Below, one piece after another: positions 38,833-54,946 of a DNA stretch of 64,000 nucleotides; position 1 is the stretch's first letter, and each line of letters opens with the position of its first letter. Below the pieces are notes generated by a model that was given only the letters and a program-made list of their open reading frames with translations, was not told the DNA's origin and did no database searches. The stretch comes from Promethearchaeati archaeon (GTDB lineage: Archaea > Asgardarchaeota > Heimdallarchaeia > Heimdallarchaeales > Heimdallarchaeaceae). Where the stretch lies: NCBI GenBank assembly GCA_013166775.1, contig JABLTJ010000005.1:32001-96000 (forward strand), given 5' to 3'. The translations under genes and the position numbers were made by a program.

Positions 38833-39333
38833 TTATTCTTCTGGTAAACGTGGTCTTATAGTTAGATAGAGAAAACTACCAAACAAAGGAATACAGAATA
38901 GAATAAAGAGCTTCAGATTTTTCCATCCTCTTCTTTACTCCTCTTAATGCAAAGTATGGCATCATTGCATACATTCCAAGTCCAAATGATGCTAATACAA
39001 AAGGCCAAGAAGGAACGAATCTTTCTCTATTTTCAATAACTAGTATTACTGCGTAAAGCAAAGCCCAAACCCCTACTAACATGAAGATACTCCATTCTAG
39101 AGGATTGGTTTTTCCATATGCTATGTCAAAATCCCCAAAACCAAGATTTCCCTCTTTAGATGGTGACCAAATAAACATGTATAGTAGAGAACCAATCCAC
39201 ACTAGTAGAAATAATAAATTTGGACTTAGAAATTCTCTCCATGGAACGCTAAAATCTTTGATAGATGATAGTAGGTTTCTTTGTTTTTGTTCAGTTGTTT
39301 TTGTTCAGTTGTTTTTGATTCTGAATTTTCCAT
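38833..39333 (-). pseudogene. Disrupted multi-TM membrane protein (DUF2834-like)
   Basis: PSWPFVLASFGLGMYAMMPYFALR core; 5' frameshift from a 14-bp tandem duplication; 3' frameshift to RRGW...IPLFGSFLYLTIRPRLPEE*. Confidence 0.7.
39281..39317. repeat. 14-bp tandem repeat TTGTTTTTGTTCAG x2.6
   Basis: Seen directly in sequence. Confidence 0.9.
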
Positions 39334-39361
39334 TTTAATTTCTACTTATGAGATTTAATTG

Positions 39362-40048
39362 TCATGTGTTGAATGCTCTGTCTCCCGCATCACCCAATCC
39401 TGGTACAATATACCCATTTTCATTCAGGATTGGATCGATAGCTCCTGAAAGAATTAGAACCTCAGGATAATGTTCTAATATTTTTTCAATACCAAATTTC
39501 GCCGCAATCGCACATAGAATAATAATCTTCTTTGGTTTTTGATTTACTAACTGCTTAAGTAAAAAGAGCATAGTAGATCCACTTGCTAACATAGGATCAA
39601 CAATTATGGCTACTTTGTCCTCCAAAAAAGGTATGCTTGTATATGTACAATCAATTCTGAAATCTGTTCCATCAGTTTCCAACATTTTTCCTCTGGAGGC
39701 TGAGACTACTCCTACTGCTGCTTCAGGAAGTATTTCCAATACTCCGTCTGACATGGGTAAAGCTGCTCTTAAGATGGATATAATAACAATATCGTCTTTG
39801 TGTTCATCAAAATTTGCTGTTCCTAGAGGAGTTTCAACCGATGAAGTTTTTGTGTCTAGATATTTAGATGCTTCATAAGCTAGAAAATTACCTATACGTT
39901 TGAGAGTTATTCTAAATGAAGCAGGAGGTGTTTGCTTGTCTCTCAATTTTCCAACTGTTTCAGAAATCAAAAAACTTGTTTCACTTGCATTTATCCACAT
40001 TCTTGTAATCTTTCTACTAACTTGGTTAAATATGTTATTCATGACCAA
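39362..40048 (-). CDS. upp: Uracil phosphoribosyltransferase
   Basis: VETPL, SILRAA, IVDPMLASG, GYIVPGLGDAGDR. Confidence 0.95.
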   Translation of the reverse strand: MVMNNIFNQVSRKITRMWINASETSFLISETVGKLRDKQTPPASFRITLKRIGNFLAYEASKYLDTKTSSVETPLGTANFDEHKDDIVIISILRAALPMSDGVLEILPEAAVGVVSASRGKMLETDGTDFRIDCTYTSIPFLEDKVAIIVDPMLASGSTMLFLLKQLVNQKPKKIIILCAIAAKFGIEKILEHYPEVLILSGAIDPILNENGYIVPGLGDAGDRAFNT

Positions 40049-40147
40049 TTTTTTTTGAGTGTTTAACTAGGTATATAAATATGTAAAGTTTGTATTTAGT
40101 AATACGTATAACGTCACTAAATTTAGTAAAAAATAAGAGGAATTAAT

Positions 40148-41221
40148 ATGAGTAAAGATTTTGATATGAATAAAATCGAAATAGTAGAATTTAACCCAAT
40201 TAAAAGTTCAAGAGAAGAATGGAAACTGTATCACGATTATAGAAGAATCAGGCATGAAGAGACAAGTCCAGACGATCCTTTAACACCAGATGAAATAACG
40301 GAAAAAGGTTTACAAATGCAGATGGATCATCCTGAAATGGTGCCATATATATACGCCATCAAAGATACTTCAAATAACAAAAGAATTGGAACTGTTTCGT
40401 TTATGATTATAAGGGAAACTTCTGCTTCCTATGAAGGAAATAAACATCTAATACAGTATAATATGGCTTTGTTACCAGAATATCGTCGTAATAAAATTGG
40501 TACTAAGGCATTGAAAACGATATATGACTTCGCTGTAAAAAATGAAAAATCCGTTGTTATCACAGGTTCGGAGGAAAGTGATGGAAAGGCTTTTCTGAAC
40601 GCGATTGGAGCTCAAATTGTTTTATCTGGAGTAGAGAATAGATTGAACTTTGCAGATATAGATTGGAAGATGATTGAGGAATGGGAAACTGAGGGACCAA
40701 ATAGATCCCCTAAAACAAAATTGGAATCCTTTTATTCCATTCCCAGTGAAATTATCGAACCATATAGCAAAATATATTCAGAAACATTAAACCAACAACC
40801 TCTTGGGGATTTAGATGTGAGTGATATAATTTATACTCCAGAAAGTTTGCGAGAAATGGAAAGAAGACAGTCAGAACTAGGAAGGAAACACCTAACATTT
40901 ATTACAGTAGAACCTGATGACGAAATTTCAGGTTTAACTGAGATGCTTTACATACCAGAACGGAAAAACATGATTACACAATTACTTACAGGAGTAAAAC
41001 AAGAATATAGGGGACGTGGTCTTGGGAAATGGTTGAAAGCGACGATGTTACTTAGAATTAAAGAAGAATTTCCTGATGTTAATATTATTACAACGGATAA
41101 CGCTACAACTAATGCTCCAATGCTTTCAATAAATGATCGTTTAGGATTTAAGGTTTATAAAGAAGGTATAACTGGTCAGATGAAAACTGAAGATTTAGGA
41201 AAATATCTAGAAGGAAAATAA
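40148..41221 (+). CDS. Tandem GNAT acetyltransferase
   Basis: PEYRRNKIG and TGV..EYRGRGLG..LK, T.NA..N.PM..IN..LGF. Confidence 0.88.
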   Translation: MSKDFDMNKIEIVEFNPIKSSREEWKLYHDYRRIRHEETSPDDPLTPDEITEKGLQMQMDHPEMVPYIYAIKDTSNNKRIGTVSFMIIRETSASYEGNKHLIQYNMALLPEYRRNKIGTKALKTIYDFAVKNEKSVVITGSEESDGKAFLNAIGAQIVLSGVENRLNFADIDWKMIEEWETEGPNRSPKTKLESFYSIPSEIIEPYSKIYSETLNQQPLGDLDVSDIIYTPESLREMERRQSELGRKHLTFITVEPDDEISGLTEMLYIPERKNMITQLLTGVKQEYRGRGLGKWLKATMLLRIKEEFPDVNIITTDNATTNAPMLSINDRLGFKVYKEGITGQMKTEDLGKYLEGK

Positions 41222-41223
41222 TT

Positions 41224-41847
41224 CTAATTTTCTTCCTTCTTTTTAAAAACTAATTTCCAAGATTTCCACTTAGGGAAAAATGCTCCTGTTATTTTTTGGT
41301 ACTGTTTGTAGGAATCACCAAATCTTTCTACCAAATCCTTTTCTTCAAAATACTGTATAATGGGTACATAAATGATGATAAAAACAGACAGTAAGATGAA
41401 AAGAAACCAAGAATTAAGTGCAAGACCTAGCGCTGGAAACATTGGCATTTCTCCAGTTGTCTGTGGATGTCTAATGTAATTGTATATCCCACCATACATT
41501 TCAGTATCCTGAGAAGGAGTTAATGTTTCTTTTCCAGCGTCCTTAACTCCTTTATATACTACAATAGCTCCTGGGATTATGATAAGTGAACCTAGAATGA
41601 GACCAATCCACCACCTATGAAATATTTCCCAGTCTAATTGAGAAATTGGATACCAAATCCATAATAATGAAGTTAGAAGTGTTAGGGTCTCAAAGATAGA
41701 AGCTATTATGCGAAGATTTTTACATGCTTTCCAAGCTTTTTCTCCTATTTTTTTGCTCAAGGTTGCAGGCATGGTACTAAAAGCATACAGTACTGAAAAG
41801 AGAATACAAGATATAATTAGAAGAGAGAAATTAATCCATTCAAACAT
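41224..41847 (-). CDS. Isoprenylcysteine carboxyl methyltransferase/PEMT family membrane protein
   Basis: GIYNYIRHP, EEKDL..RFG..Y..Y. Confidence 0.85.
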   Translation of the reverse strand: MFEWINFSLLIISCILFSVLYAFSTMPATLSKKIGEKAWKACKNLRIIASIFETLTLLTSLLWIWYPISQLDWEIFHRWWIGLILGSLIIIPGAIVVYKGVKDAGKETLTPSQDTEMYGGIYNYIRHPQTTGEMPMFPALGLALNSWFLFILLSVFIIIYVPIIQYFEEKDLVERFGDSYKQYQKITGAFFPKWKSWKLVFKKKEEN

Positions 41848-41909
41848 AAAATCAATTTAAAGAATCCATCTTAACTAATTAATTTATCTGGAGCATATAC
41901 TCGATTAAT

Positions 41910-42914
41910 TTAACTGACTAATGTTACTTTACCAAATTTAAGAGACCAATCATTATCATCATACATATCTAAATTATAGGTCTTCACTAGACCATCACCA
42001 ATGAAATATATTTCCATCCCAAGTTCTTCGGCAAATTTAACTTCTATGAAAACACCCTTTCCAACATAATTTGAACCATCTTGCTCTATAGCAGAAAAAA
42101 CAACAATATCACTGTTACTCAAAAGATCAAGGCATCTTTTCATTATTTCCTTCCCAGTTGAATCTTTCCATTTTTTCTCATAAACTGCAGGATTGATTAT
42201 CTTAGCTTTTGGAAGAGTTTTCTTTATTAGTTTGAGTTCTCTTTTTTCTTGTTTTGTCCTATAAATGTTCATAGAATGAGCATAATAAACTCGTGGAAAA
42301 ATACGATATTGACTCCTTCTATACAATTCTAAAAGAATACATGCAGCATAGAAGGCGTCATAGTTCGCTCTGTGTTCGCCATGATGTACTAATTCGTTTT
42401 CAAGAATTTTATTATTTTTTATACATTCTGTATTCTCGTTAAGAAGGTATTTTTTGGCTGCTGTTAATCTTATTATTTTCCTTTTCTTGTATTTTGATGG
42501 TACTTTGACATGTTCAGATGCAGTCAACATGATACAAGGAGCAAATTTACTTTTGTTTTTTTCAGGATTAATATTCCATGGTTCATGTTTCAGAAATTTA
42601 TCAAAATCAAATGCGTTATTATAGGCTGATACAAATTTGTTTGATAACATTTTACGAACTTCTCCAGCTACTGTAGCTAAATCCTTCTTAGCTTGTTTTA
42701 TTTCGTCAATGCTTACGATTCCCTTTTCGAAAATCCATGAATTAAGTACACTGTCATCCCAAGAAGAAACATCATAATGAATAACTGATTGGTAAACCTG
42801 TTCAATTTTCTGTTTTAGCAAATTTACTCGCATTATAGATATCTCGACAATGTGATCTTTAGGATAACCATTCAACCCTGTCGTCTCAATATCTACTACG
42901 TAAATATCCATCAA
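41910..42914 (-). CDS. DEDDh 3'-5' exonuclease fused to nucleoside 2-deoxyribosyltransferase-like domain
   Basis: VDIETTG, AYNNAFD, HRANYDA; C-terminal VYYAHS...INP...SDIVVF...GVFIEVKFA. Confidence 0.75.
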   Translation of the reverse strand: MMDIYVVDIETTGLNGYPKDHIVEISIMRVNLLKQKIEQVYQSVIHYDVSSWDDSVLNSWIFEKGIVSIDEIKQAKKDLATVAGEVRKMLSNKFVSAYNNAFDFDKFLKHEPWNINPEKNKSKFAPCIMLTASEHVKVPSKYKKRKIIRLTAAKKYLLNENTECIKNNKILENELVHHGEHRANYDAFYAACILLELYRRSQYRIFPRVYYAHSMNIYRTKQEKRELKLIKKTLPKAKIINPAVYEKKWKDSTGKEIMKRCLDLLSNSDIVVFSAIEQDGSNYVGKGVFIEVKFAEELGMEIYFIGDGLVKTYNLDMYDDNDWSLKFGKVTLVS

Positions 42915-42989
42915 AATACATACTTCGTTATTTCTTTAAGTTTTTACCTCACCCTCAGGTAGAAGTAGAAAACTGATTTGTAAGAATTA

Positions 42990-43544
42990 TTATATTGTAC
43001 TTCTATAATCATCAAATTTCTTCTGACCAGCAGGTATAGGTACATGTAGAATATTTTCGTCAGGTACCTTTGTGCAATTCCACCTATCATTGTAAGCGCA
43101 AAGTGGATTATATGCAAGATTAAAGTCAACTACAACTTCATTATCAGATAATTTCTCAACTTCAACATATCTACCCTCTTTATAGGTCTCATTTCCAGTT
43201 GTCTTATCTTTGAATGGTAGGAAGAGATAATTGTGTTGAGGTATTTTAAAAATTATTAATCTATTTTGTTGCCCATCTAATTCGAATTCAATGAAAGCAA
43301 AACGGATGTGTTTTCTTTCATCACCTTTAGAACTTAAAATAGCAATCTCATCTTGTTCATCAAACTCTTTCATCTCAACTGTGATTTTGTATTTTTCATC
43401 TATTGGAAAGTTGGATAATCCCTTGAAATCTAATTTTTGTTCAGATGTAAGTGGAGAATTAGGTGATTTGCGAAAGGATTTGTTGTATCTCTCTCTAATC
43501 CTCTCAATTTTTTCTATATAAGATACCTCTACCATGGGAATCAA
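42990..43544 (-). CDS. DUF1684 family protein
   Basis: SPL, FLPFKDKTTGNETY..GRY, DFNLAYNPLCAY..W.C. Confidence 0.9.
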   Translation of the reverse strand: MIPMVEVSYIEKIERIRERYNKSFRKSPNSPLTSEQKLDFKGLSNFPIDEKYKITVEMKEFDEQDEIAILSSKGDERKHIRFAFIEFELDGQQNRLIIFKIPQHNYLFLPFKDKTTGNETYKEGRYVEVEKLSDNEVVVDFNLAYNPLCAYNDRWNCTKVPDENILHVPIPAGQKKFDDYRSTI

Positions 43545-43587
43545 AGATTTTCATACTGTATTTAAGGAAATAGATATAATAAAAAAT

Positions 43588-43878
43588 CTAATTTTCTTTA
43601 TCTGGTTGATATTTCTTGTTTAAGATTTCAAATATCTCATTAGCTATTTTTTGAGAACCACCCGAATCATCCCAAACGCCTGTAGGGGTAAAAATATACC
43701 ACAGTTTGGAAAATTCTTCTATTTCTCCACTTCTTATTTTGTTAACTATATTTTGAATGAACAAACCAACATCCTCACAAGTATCAAAATAGGAAAAAGT
43801 GGATTCCTCGCCATATGACAACATTTCAGTTGTTGCTTTTTCTAAGAGAGATAAAAGATGTTGAATTTCGTCATTCAC
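43588..43878 (-). CDS. Hypothetical protein
   Basis: 96 aa ORF containing FTPTGVWDD. Confidence 0.55.
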   Translation of the reverse strand: MNDEIQHLLSLLEKATTEMLSYGEESTFSYFDTCEDVGLFIQNIVNKIRSGEIEEFSKLWYIFTPTGVWDDSGGSQKIANEIFEILNKKYQPDKEN

Positions 43879-44048
43879 ATCCTTTACTGCAGGAAGGAGT
43901 TATTTAACTACTTCTCTAACTTGGGACCTTGCATTAAGGTTAGCTTCTTGATTGGGCATTCTTCTTGGAAGAGCATAAAAATTGTGAAAAATCGTTGTCA
44001 GAAAATTCATTTAAAAAAATGCAGATAAATTATCTTAATTCTTCTTGC

Positions 44049-45095
44049 TTAGATTTTAACCCATTTTCTTGCATTTTTTCGTAGTTCTTCTTCGATTTTC
44101 TTCATATTTGGCAAGAAAGGAAGAACATCTTCCTCCAGTCCCTCAAAATCGCTTTTCATCTGTTCTTTGGATATTTCTTCAAAGAGCATTCGGTAAATCC
44201 AATCAGTTAAATCTTCTAAAACCCTTTTGTAAAATAAGAAGACAACAAAATCTTCATTGATTTTATCTATTTCTCTAATTTGCTTGTAGCTGCGAATGAG
44301 CTCTTCAAGATTTTTTTCATTTAAGAAGAACCAAATATCCTGCTCAAAAGGAGCCAAGGTAGCTCCATCCCAGTCAACTAAATGGATTGTGCCCTCTATA
44401 TTGATCAAAGTATTATGCCTAATAGGATCAGTATGGCAAATGACCAATTCGAGTTTATTTTTTTCTTTTATTTTCTCTGTAAGTTCTTCTAGATAAATTA
44501 AGGATTGTAAGATATTATCCATCTGTGGTTTAAGCATTTTTTGAAGTTTATTGTAATTCTTATCTTCTGAAGTCACACATTCTGTTGCCTCTTTGAGACT
44601 TGCAAGTAAATCCTTTCTGAAAGATATATCCAAATCTAAACTCTTTCCTCCCTCTAGATTTAAAGTATTGGTAGCTTGATGTATTCGGGCAAGCAGTTCT
44701 CCAAGTTTCATCATAAATTCGTTTGTTTTGCTTTGCTTCTCTGATACCATGTCTCCTTCAACATAAGACAAGATGACTATTTCTAGATTATCGAATTCTG
44801 TCTTAAGTAAACCATTTTCTGTTTTTATTGGATAAATTACTTGGTTGATTTTCATTTCTTGATTCAACTGATGTGCAATGCTCAGAGAGAAATCTAGGGC
44901 ATGTAATTTGTTTTCAGTTAGCCGATTAAGTTCATATATTTTAAGAAAATACTGATCTTTATTGGATGCTTTTAGTAAATACGAATAAGCAATTTCCCCT
45001 ATTGGAACAAAAGTGAGTTTCTCAACATCAATTCCATATTTCTCTTTAATGTGGTTCTTGATATTTTTTTTATTTACATTGGGTTCATTCTTCAT
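44049..45095 (-). CDS. Aminoglycoside phosphotransferase (APH/choline kinase-like) family
   Basis: YFLKIY, LARIH, CHTD...N, LVDWD...APFEQD. Confidence 0.85.
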   Translation of the reverse strand: MKNEPNVNKKNIKNHIKEKYGIDVEKLTFVPIGEIAYSYLLKASNKDQYFLKIYELNRLTENKLHALDFSLSIAHQLNQEMKINQVIYPIKTENGLLKTEFDNLEIVILSYVEGDMVSEKQSKTNEFMMKLGELLARIHQATNTLNLEGGKSLDLDISFRKDLLASLKEATECVTSEDKNYNKLQKMLKPQMDNILQSLIYLEELTEKIKEKNKLELVICHTDPIRHNTLINIEGTIHLVDWDGATLAPFEQDIWFFLNEKNLEELIRSYKQIREIDKINEDFVVFLFYKRVLEDLTDWIYRMLFEEISKEQMKSDFEGLEEDVLPFLPNMKKIEEELRKNARKWVKI

Positions 45096-45107
45096 GAATA
45101 ATACACG

Positions 45108-46427
45108 TCATTTAAGTTCTGAATTTCTGAAATGAGTGATTTTATGGTTATTATTCTTGTTATTTCTAATTCCCACTAAGTAATAGATTAGATAGACTAC
45201 TATAACTGCAGAGGCGATTATGATTGCTGTCGATAAGAAAACCCAGTTTATCCCGTAGCCGTTCCATATGGGGGTTAAGCTGAAGGTTGTAATTGATCTG
45301 GAAAAAGAAACATAAAATCCTAGAGCTCCTAGAGCCATTCCTCTTTGTGCAGTCTTAGATTCTACTGTTGTTCCAGTATTAACACCAATATAACTTGTAA
45401 GACTGCTACCACTGTAGATTATGTACACAACAACTAACCATGCAAAAGAATCTACGAATGTCATTAAAACAAGCATAATAGCGGAAATTAGTATTGTAAA
45501 AAGCATGGGCATTCTATAACCAATTTTATCAATAATTTTACCAAGAAATGGTTTGAAAAAGATCAAAACACCTGCACTTATCCAAAAAACTTGAGCTACA
45601 ACGTCATCAGAAAATCCCTTTGACACAACAAGAAAAGGAAAAAATGCTGTAACCATATATTCCAAAAAAGCGATAAGCAACTGTACAAGATAAATGAAGC
45701 TCAACTTCTTTTGTTTGGTCACATTTACTAAATTCTTAAACATTGTAACGAATGATTCAAGCAATGCCTTTATCTTCGATTCAACTTGCATTCTATCCTC
45801 TTTTTTAAGTACTTCAGGCATGAAAAATGCCATCCCAATAACGCCCATGAGAGAAATCCCAGCACCCCATGCAAATAAAACTCTAAGTTCTACCTGAAAA
45901 TGTTTCAATAATAACACTGCAAGTAAAGAGCCCAATATTACACCCAAATCAGTTCCTTGAAAAACACGACCTTGGAGTTGGCCAATATTATTCTCTTCGA
46001 TATCTCCTATATAGGCAAATAAAATTGGCCAGAAACAGGACATGCCTATAGCAAGAAAAGTTATAGCTACTATTACAATGCTCCAATGTGTTGACAGAGC
46101 CATAACAAACAAACTCAAGGTGTAGAACCCAATACCTGCAATTAAAAGAGGTTTTCTTCCAACCATTTGTGAGAAGTGGCCAAGAGGAACACGTAAGAAA
46201 ATCTGATAAATATTTCTGAGAGCTAAGATAACACCAATCAACCAAACCATAGTTTGGATATCCTCCAGATGAAGACCAACGTACGACATGAAGATGATCA
46301 TGGGAAAGCTACCAACCGTACCTATCAAGATAATAGAAAGACGACGACGATCATTTAAGTAAAGCCTATTCGCAAGAAAGCTCTTTGATCTTGCAATAAA
46401 ATTATCCTCTTTCTTCAGTGTTTTCAA
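45108..46427 (-). CDS. MFS transporter
   Basis: About 12 TMs; G..S..VGRK and G...DKIG motifs. Confidence 0.9.
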   Translation of the reverse strand: MKTLKKEDNFIARSKSFLANRLYLNDRRRLSIILIGTVGSFPMIIFMSYVGLHLEDIQTMVWLIGVILALRNIYQIFLRVPLGHFSQMVGRKPLLIAGIGFYTLSLFVMALSTHWSIVIVAITFLAIGMSCFWPILFAYIGDIEENNIGQLQGRVFQGTDLGVILGSLLAVLLLKHFQVELRVLFAWGAGISLMGVIGMAFFMPEVLKKEDRMQVESKIKALLESFVTMFKNLVNVTKQKKLSFIYLVQLLIAFLEYMVTAFFPFLVVSKGFSDDVVAQVFWISAGVLIFFKPFLGKIIDKIGYRMPMLFTILISAIMLVLMTFVDSFAWLVVVYIIYSGSSLTSYIGVNTGTTVESKTAQRGMALGALGFYVSFSRSITTFSLTPIWNGYGINWVFLSTAIIIASAVIVVYLIYYLVGIRNNKNNNHKITHFRNSELK

Positions 46428-46597
46428 GTCCTTTTTGTTTTAAGCAAATATTGGAAATATAAATTTGCTGAAACTGCTATAATATCAGTCCCCATCCGTT
46501 CTCTCTTTTCTAATCGATTTTTATTTCTTCTTCTACTGCTTTTCCTTTTCCACAATTTTATTATATTTCCTTCATAAGTGTAATCTAGAGGTATCAT

Positions 46598-47212
46598 ATG
46601 TTTCCACATTCTCCACAATCATCAGTCCCACCTGATAAACTCGTTCAACAATTAATTATGCAAGCTCTTCAGGCCTTCTATATTCAAGACTATGAAACAG
46701 CGGTTTATTTTCTTGAACAAATAAAAACTAACTTACCACGTTATATGTACCAGCTCAATCCACAGAACAGAGCACTTTGTAAAGAAATAGTAAAAATGCT
46801 TCAAGACGGTAGTTTAGTACCTGATCGTTCAGAGTCATCTGTTGCTCAAGCTGCAGAAGATACACATCCTGGTTTAAGCGGAATGTCTTCTGAAGTTGAT
46901 TTGATTTCAGAACCAGAGATTTCTTCTGAAGATACTGAAACTTTTGAAATAACAATTGCTGATACCCCTGCACATTCTGAACCAAGAGAGCAACAATATG
47001 TGCCTCCTTCTTCAGAACCAACTCCTTTAGTTGAGCAACCTTCTATTGATCAAGTTGTAGATCCGGATGATATGCAACAGGATCCAACAATGCCAACTGA
47101 ATTTATCTCAGAATTATCTTCCGCAGTGAATAAGGTTAGGGATAAGAAAAAGAAAAAATCTAAAGGCGAATTAACAGGATCCATGGACGAGTTAGAGGAT
47201 TTTGATTTCTAG
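46598..47212 (+). CDS. Hypothetical protein: helical N-domain, acidic Pro-rich linker, helix plus acidic tail
   Basis: 204 aa ORF; no confident family. Confidence 0.65.
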   Translation: MFPHSPQSSVPPDKLVQQLIMQALQAFYIQDYETAVYFLEQIKTNLPRYMYQLNPQNRALCKEIVKMLQDGSLVPDRSESSVAQAAEDTHPGLSGMSSEVDLISEPEISSEDTETFEITIADTPAHSEPREQQYVPPSSEPTPLVEQPSIDQVVDPDDMQQDPTMPTEFISELSSAVNKVRDKKKKKSKGELTGSMDELEDFDF

Positions 47213-47216
47213 TAGA

Positions 47217-47726
47217 TTATGAAATTTTGACTCCCTCTTGCGATCTATCTCTTACTTTTGACCAATCTTGCTCTATTATGTTTTTCACGATAAATTCAAC
47301 ATCCTTTATTGTTTCTTTTAGTTTCTCTTTCAATATTTCTTGAGGGATAGCTGAATAAAGATGACGTAATCCACCGTGAGGTAACATTTCTTGTTCCTTG
47401 TTTACAAGTCCCTGTTTCATTAGGTTTTGAACTAGCCTGACTGCTGTTGTTCGATCTCTTTTAATTCTAGTTGCAATATCTTTAATAGTTCTTTTCTGAG
47501 ATAATGTGTAAAAGTAAATATGAATATGTAGCGGCTTTAAACCAAAGACAAATTCGAAAATTGGGCATATACAGAAATCGCACTCCCAATCCTCACAAGC
47601 ACAGTTTTTTAAACCAAGCATTTCAAGTTCTTTTTCTCTTTCTCCCACTTTTTTATGAAAATTATCTGGCAAATCAATTAAGCAACGGTACATATGATCT
47701 CTTAGGTGTGTATCTTTCATGCACAC
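47217..47726 (-). CDS. TrmB/MarR-like HTH regulator with Cys-rich segment
   Basis: FGLKP, TIKDIA..RDRTTAVRLVQNL..QGLV, GG.R..Y. Confidence 0.8.
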   Translation of the reverse strand: MCMKDTHLRDHMYRCLIDLPDNFHKKVGEREKELEMLGLKNCACEDWECDFCICPIFEFVFGLKPLHIHIYFYTLSQKRTIKDIATRIKRDRTTAVRLVQNLMKQGLVNKEQEMLPHGGLRHLYSAIPQEILKEKLKETIKDVEFIVKNIIEQDWSKVRDRSQEGVKIS

Positions 47727-47781
47727 TTAAATATTCTGTTCTTACAATATTGAAGAAAAACTCTGTTTTATGAGATCTTGG

Positions 47782-48183
47782 CTACTCTGGCATGCTTTCC
47801 CAATCTTGATTAACTAAATTGTTTACCGCCGATTCAACTTCTTTGACAGTTCTTTGTAGCCTGTTCTTTATTTGTTCTTGAGGAATTCCACTATAGGTAT
47901 TTCTTATTCCTCCATATGGGAGCCCCTCAGTATCTTTGTTAAGTATTCCCTGCATTTCCATACTTTGCAGAAGTCTAACTGTAGTTGTTCTATCGCGATT
48001 AACATGTGAGGAGATTTCTTTGATAGTTTTTTTTTGTTTTAAAATGTAAAAATAGATCTTAACGTGAATAGGCTTTAAACCAAACAAACATTCAAAAATA
48101 TCGCACCGTCCTCCCTTTTGAATTACTCCTGGAAGATTAACCAAACATTTCTTCATATCTATGTGTGGGATAAATTTAAACAT
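47782..48183 (-). CDS. TrmB/MarR-like HTH regulator (paralogue of adjacent gene)
   Basis: CLFGLKP, TIKEIS..RDRTTTVRLLQ, GGIR..Y. Confidence 0.8.
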   Translation of the reverse strand: MFKFIPHIDMKKCLVNLPGVIQKGGRCDIFECLFGLKPIHVKIYFYILKQKKTIKEISSHVNRDRTTTVRLLQSMEMQGILNKDTEGLPYGGIRNTYSGIPQEQIKNRLQRTVKEVESAVNNLVNQDWESMPE

Positions 48184-48282
48184 AGATAAGTTTTATTGTA
48201 TATAGTTTTGTCTGATAGAAAGTTTAAAAAGGGGGTATGTGCATATTTTATACACAGCCTACACGGACATAGGTGTTATAGA

Positions 48283-48720
48283 ATGGACGATGAATTAGAA
48301 CGAATTAGAAAAGAAAAGCTTACTAAATTGATGAATGACGATGTTCCTGTAGTAGGAACTTTTCCTATTGCTGAATTAACTGAGCTTGATGAGCAAACAT
48401 TTGAAGGTTTTGTTGGTCAATCGGGAATAGTTGTTATTGATTTATGGGCAGCCTGGTGTGCTCCTTGCCGAACCATGGAACCAATAATGAAGCAATTAGC
48501 TAAAGAATGGTCAGGTCAAGTATTATTTGGAAAATTGAACATAGATCAATATCCCAGAATTGCAATGAAATACCAAGTTTCTTCTATTCCAAATTTCCTA
48601 GTATTTCAAGATGGTAAATATCTGGGAAATGTTGTTGGTGCAGTAGGAAAGAAACCTTTTGATAAATTGTTTAAACAAATAGTTTCTGGTGAGTTAAATA
48701 AAAGAGAAGGTTATACCTAA
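48283..48720 (+). CDS. trxA: Thioredoxin (start taken at MDDELERIR)
   Basis: DLWAAWCAPC, SSIP; archaeal-type N-terminal DELERIR helix. Confidence 0.9.
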   Translation: MDDELERIRKEKLTKLMNDDVPVVGTFPIAELTELDEQTFEGFVGQSGIVVIDLWAAWCAPCRTMEPIMKQLAKEWSGQVLFGKLNIDQYPRIAMKYQVSSIPNFLVFQDGKYLGNVVGAVGKKPFDKLFKQIVSGELNKREGYT

Positions 48721-48732
48721 CTCTTTAGTTAT

Positions 48733-53347
<4,615 letters not shown>

Positions 53348-53620
53348 TTATATTGTAGTCTGAAATTTTAGGACCAGAACTCCTTGGTTTTACGATTTAA
53401 GTCGGGATATTTTTCAAACTTTAACTGCTAAAAAAATAATAAGTTTATCATTTAAAAATAAATTGGTATGCACGATAATGAGCACTAAAACGATGAGAAA
53501 TAAGACATTCTTACATTTAATTAATCAAAAAGTTTAGTAAAAGGTGAAAAATAAACAAATTAAGGTATAATATAAGCGCTTTTTCTATAGATAAAGCAGA
53601 AGTTCTTTCTATGTAAAAAA

Positions 53621-54946
<1,326 letters not shown>

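Noticed and set aside
31646-47212. Integrated element or genomic island at tRNA-Trp
   Set aside because: No integrase or transposase, no duplicated tRNA 3' end seen, and housekeeping upp lies inside
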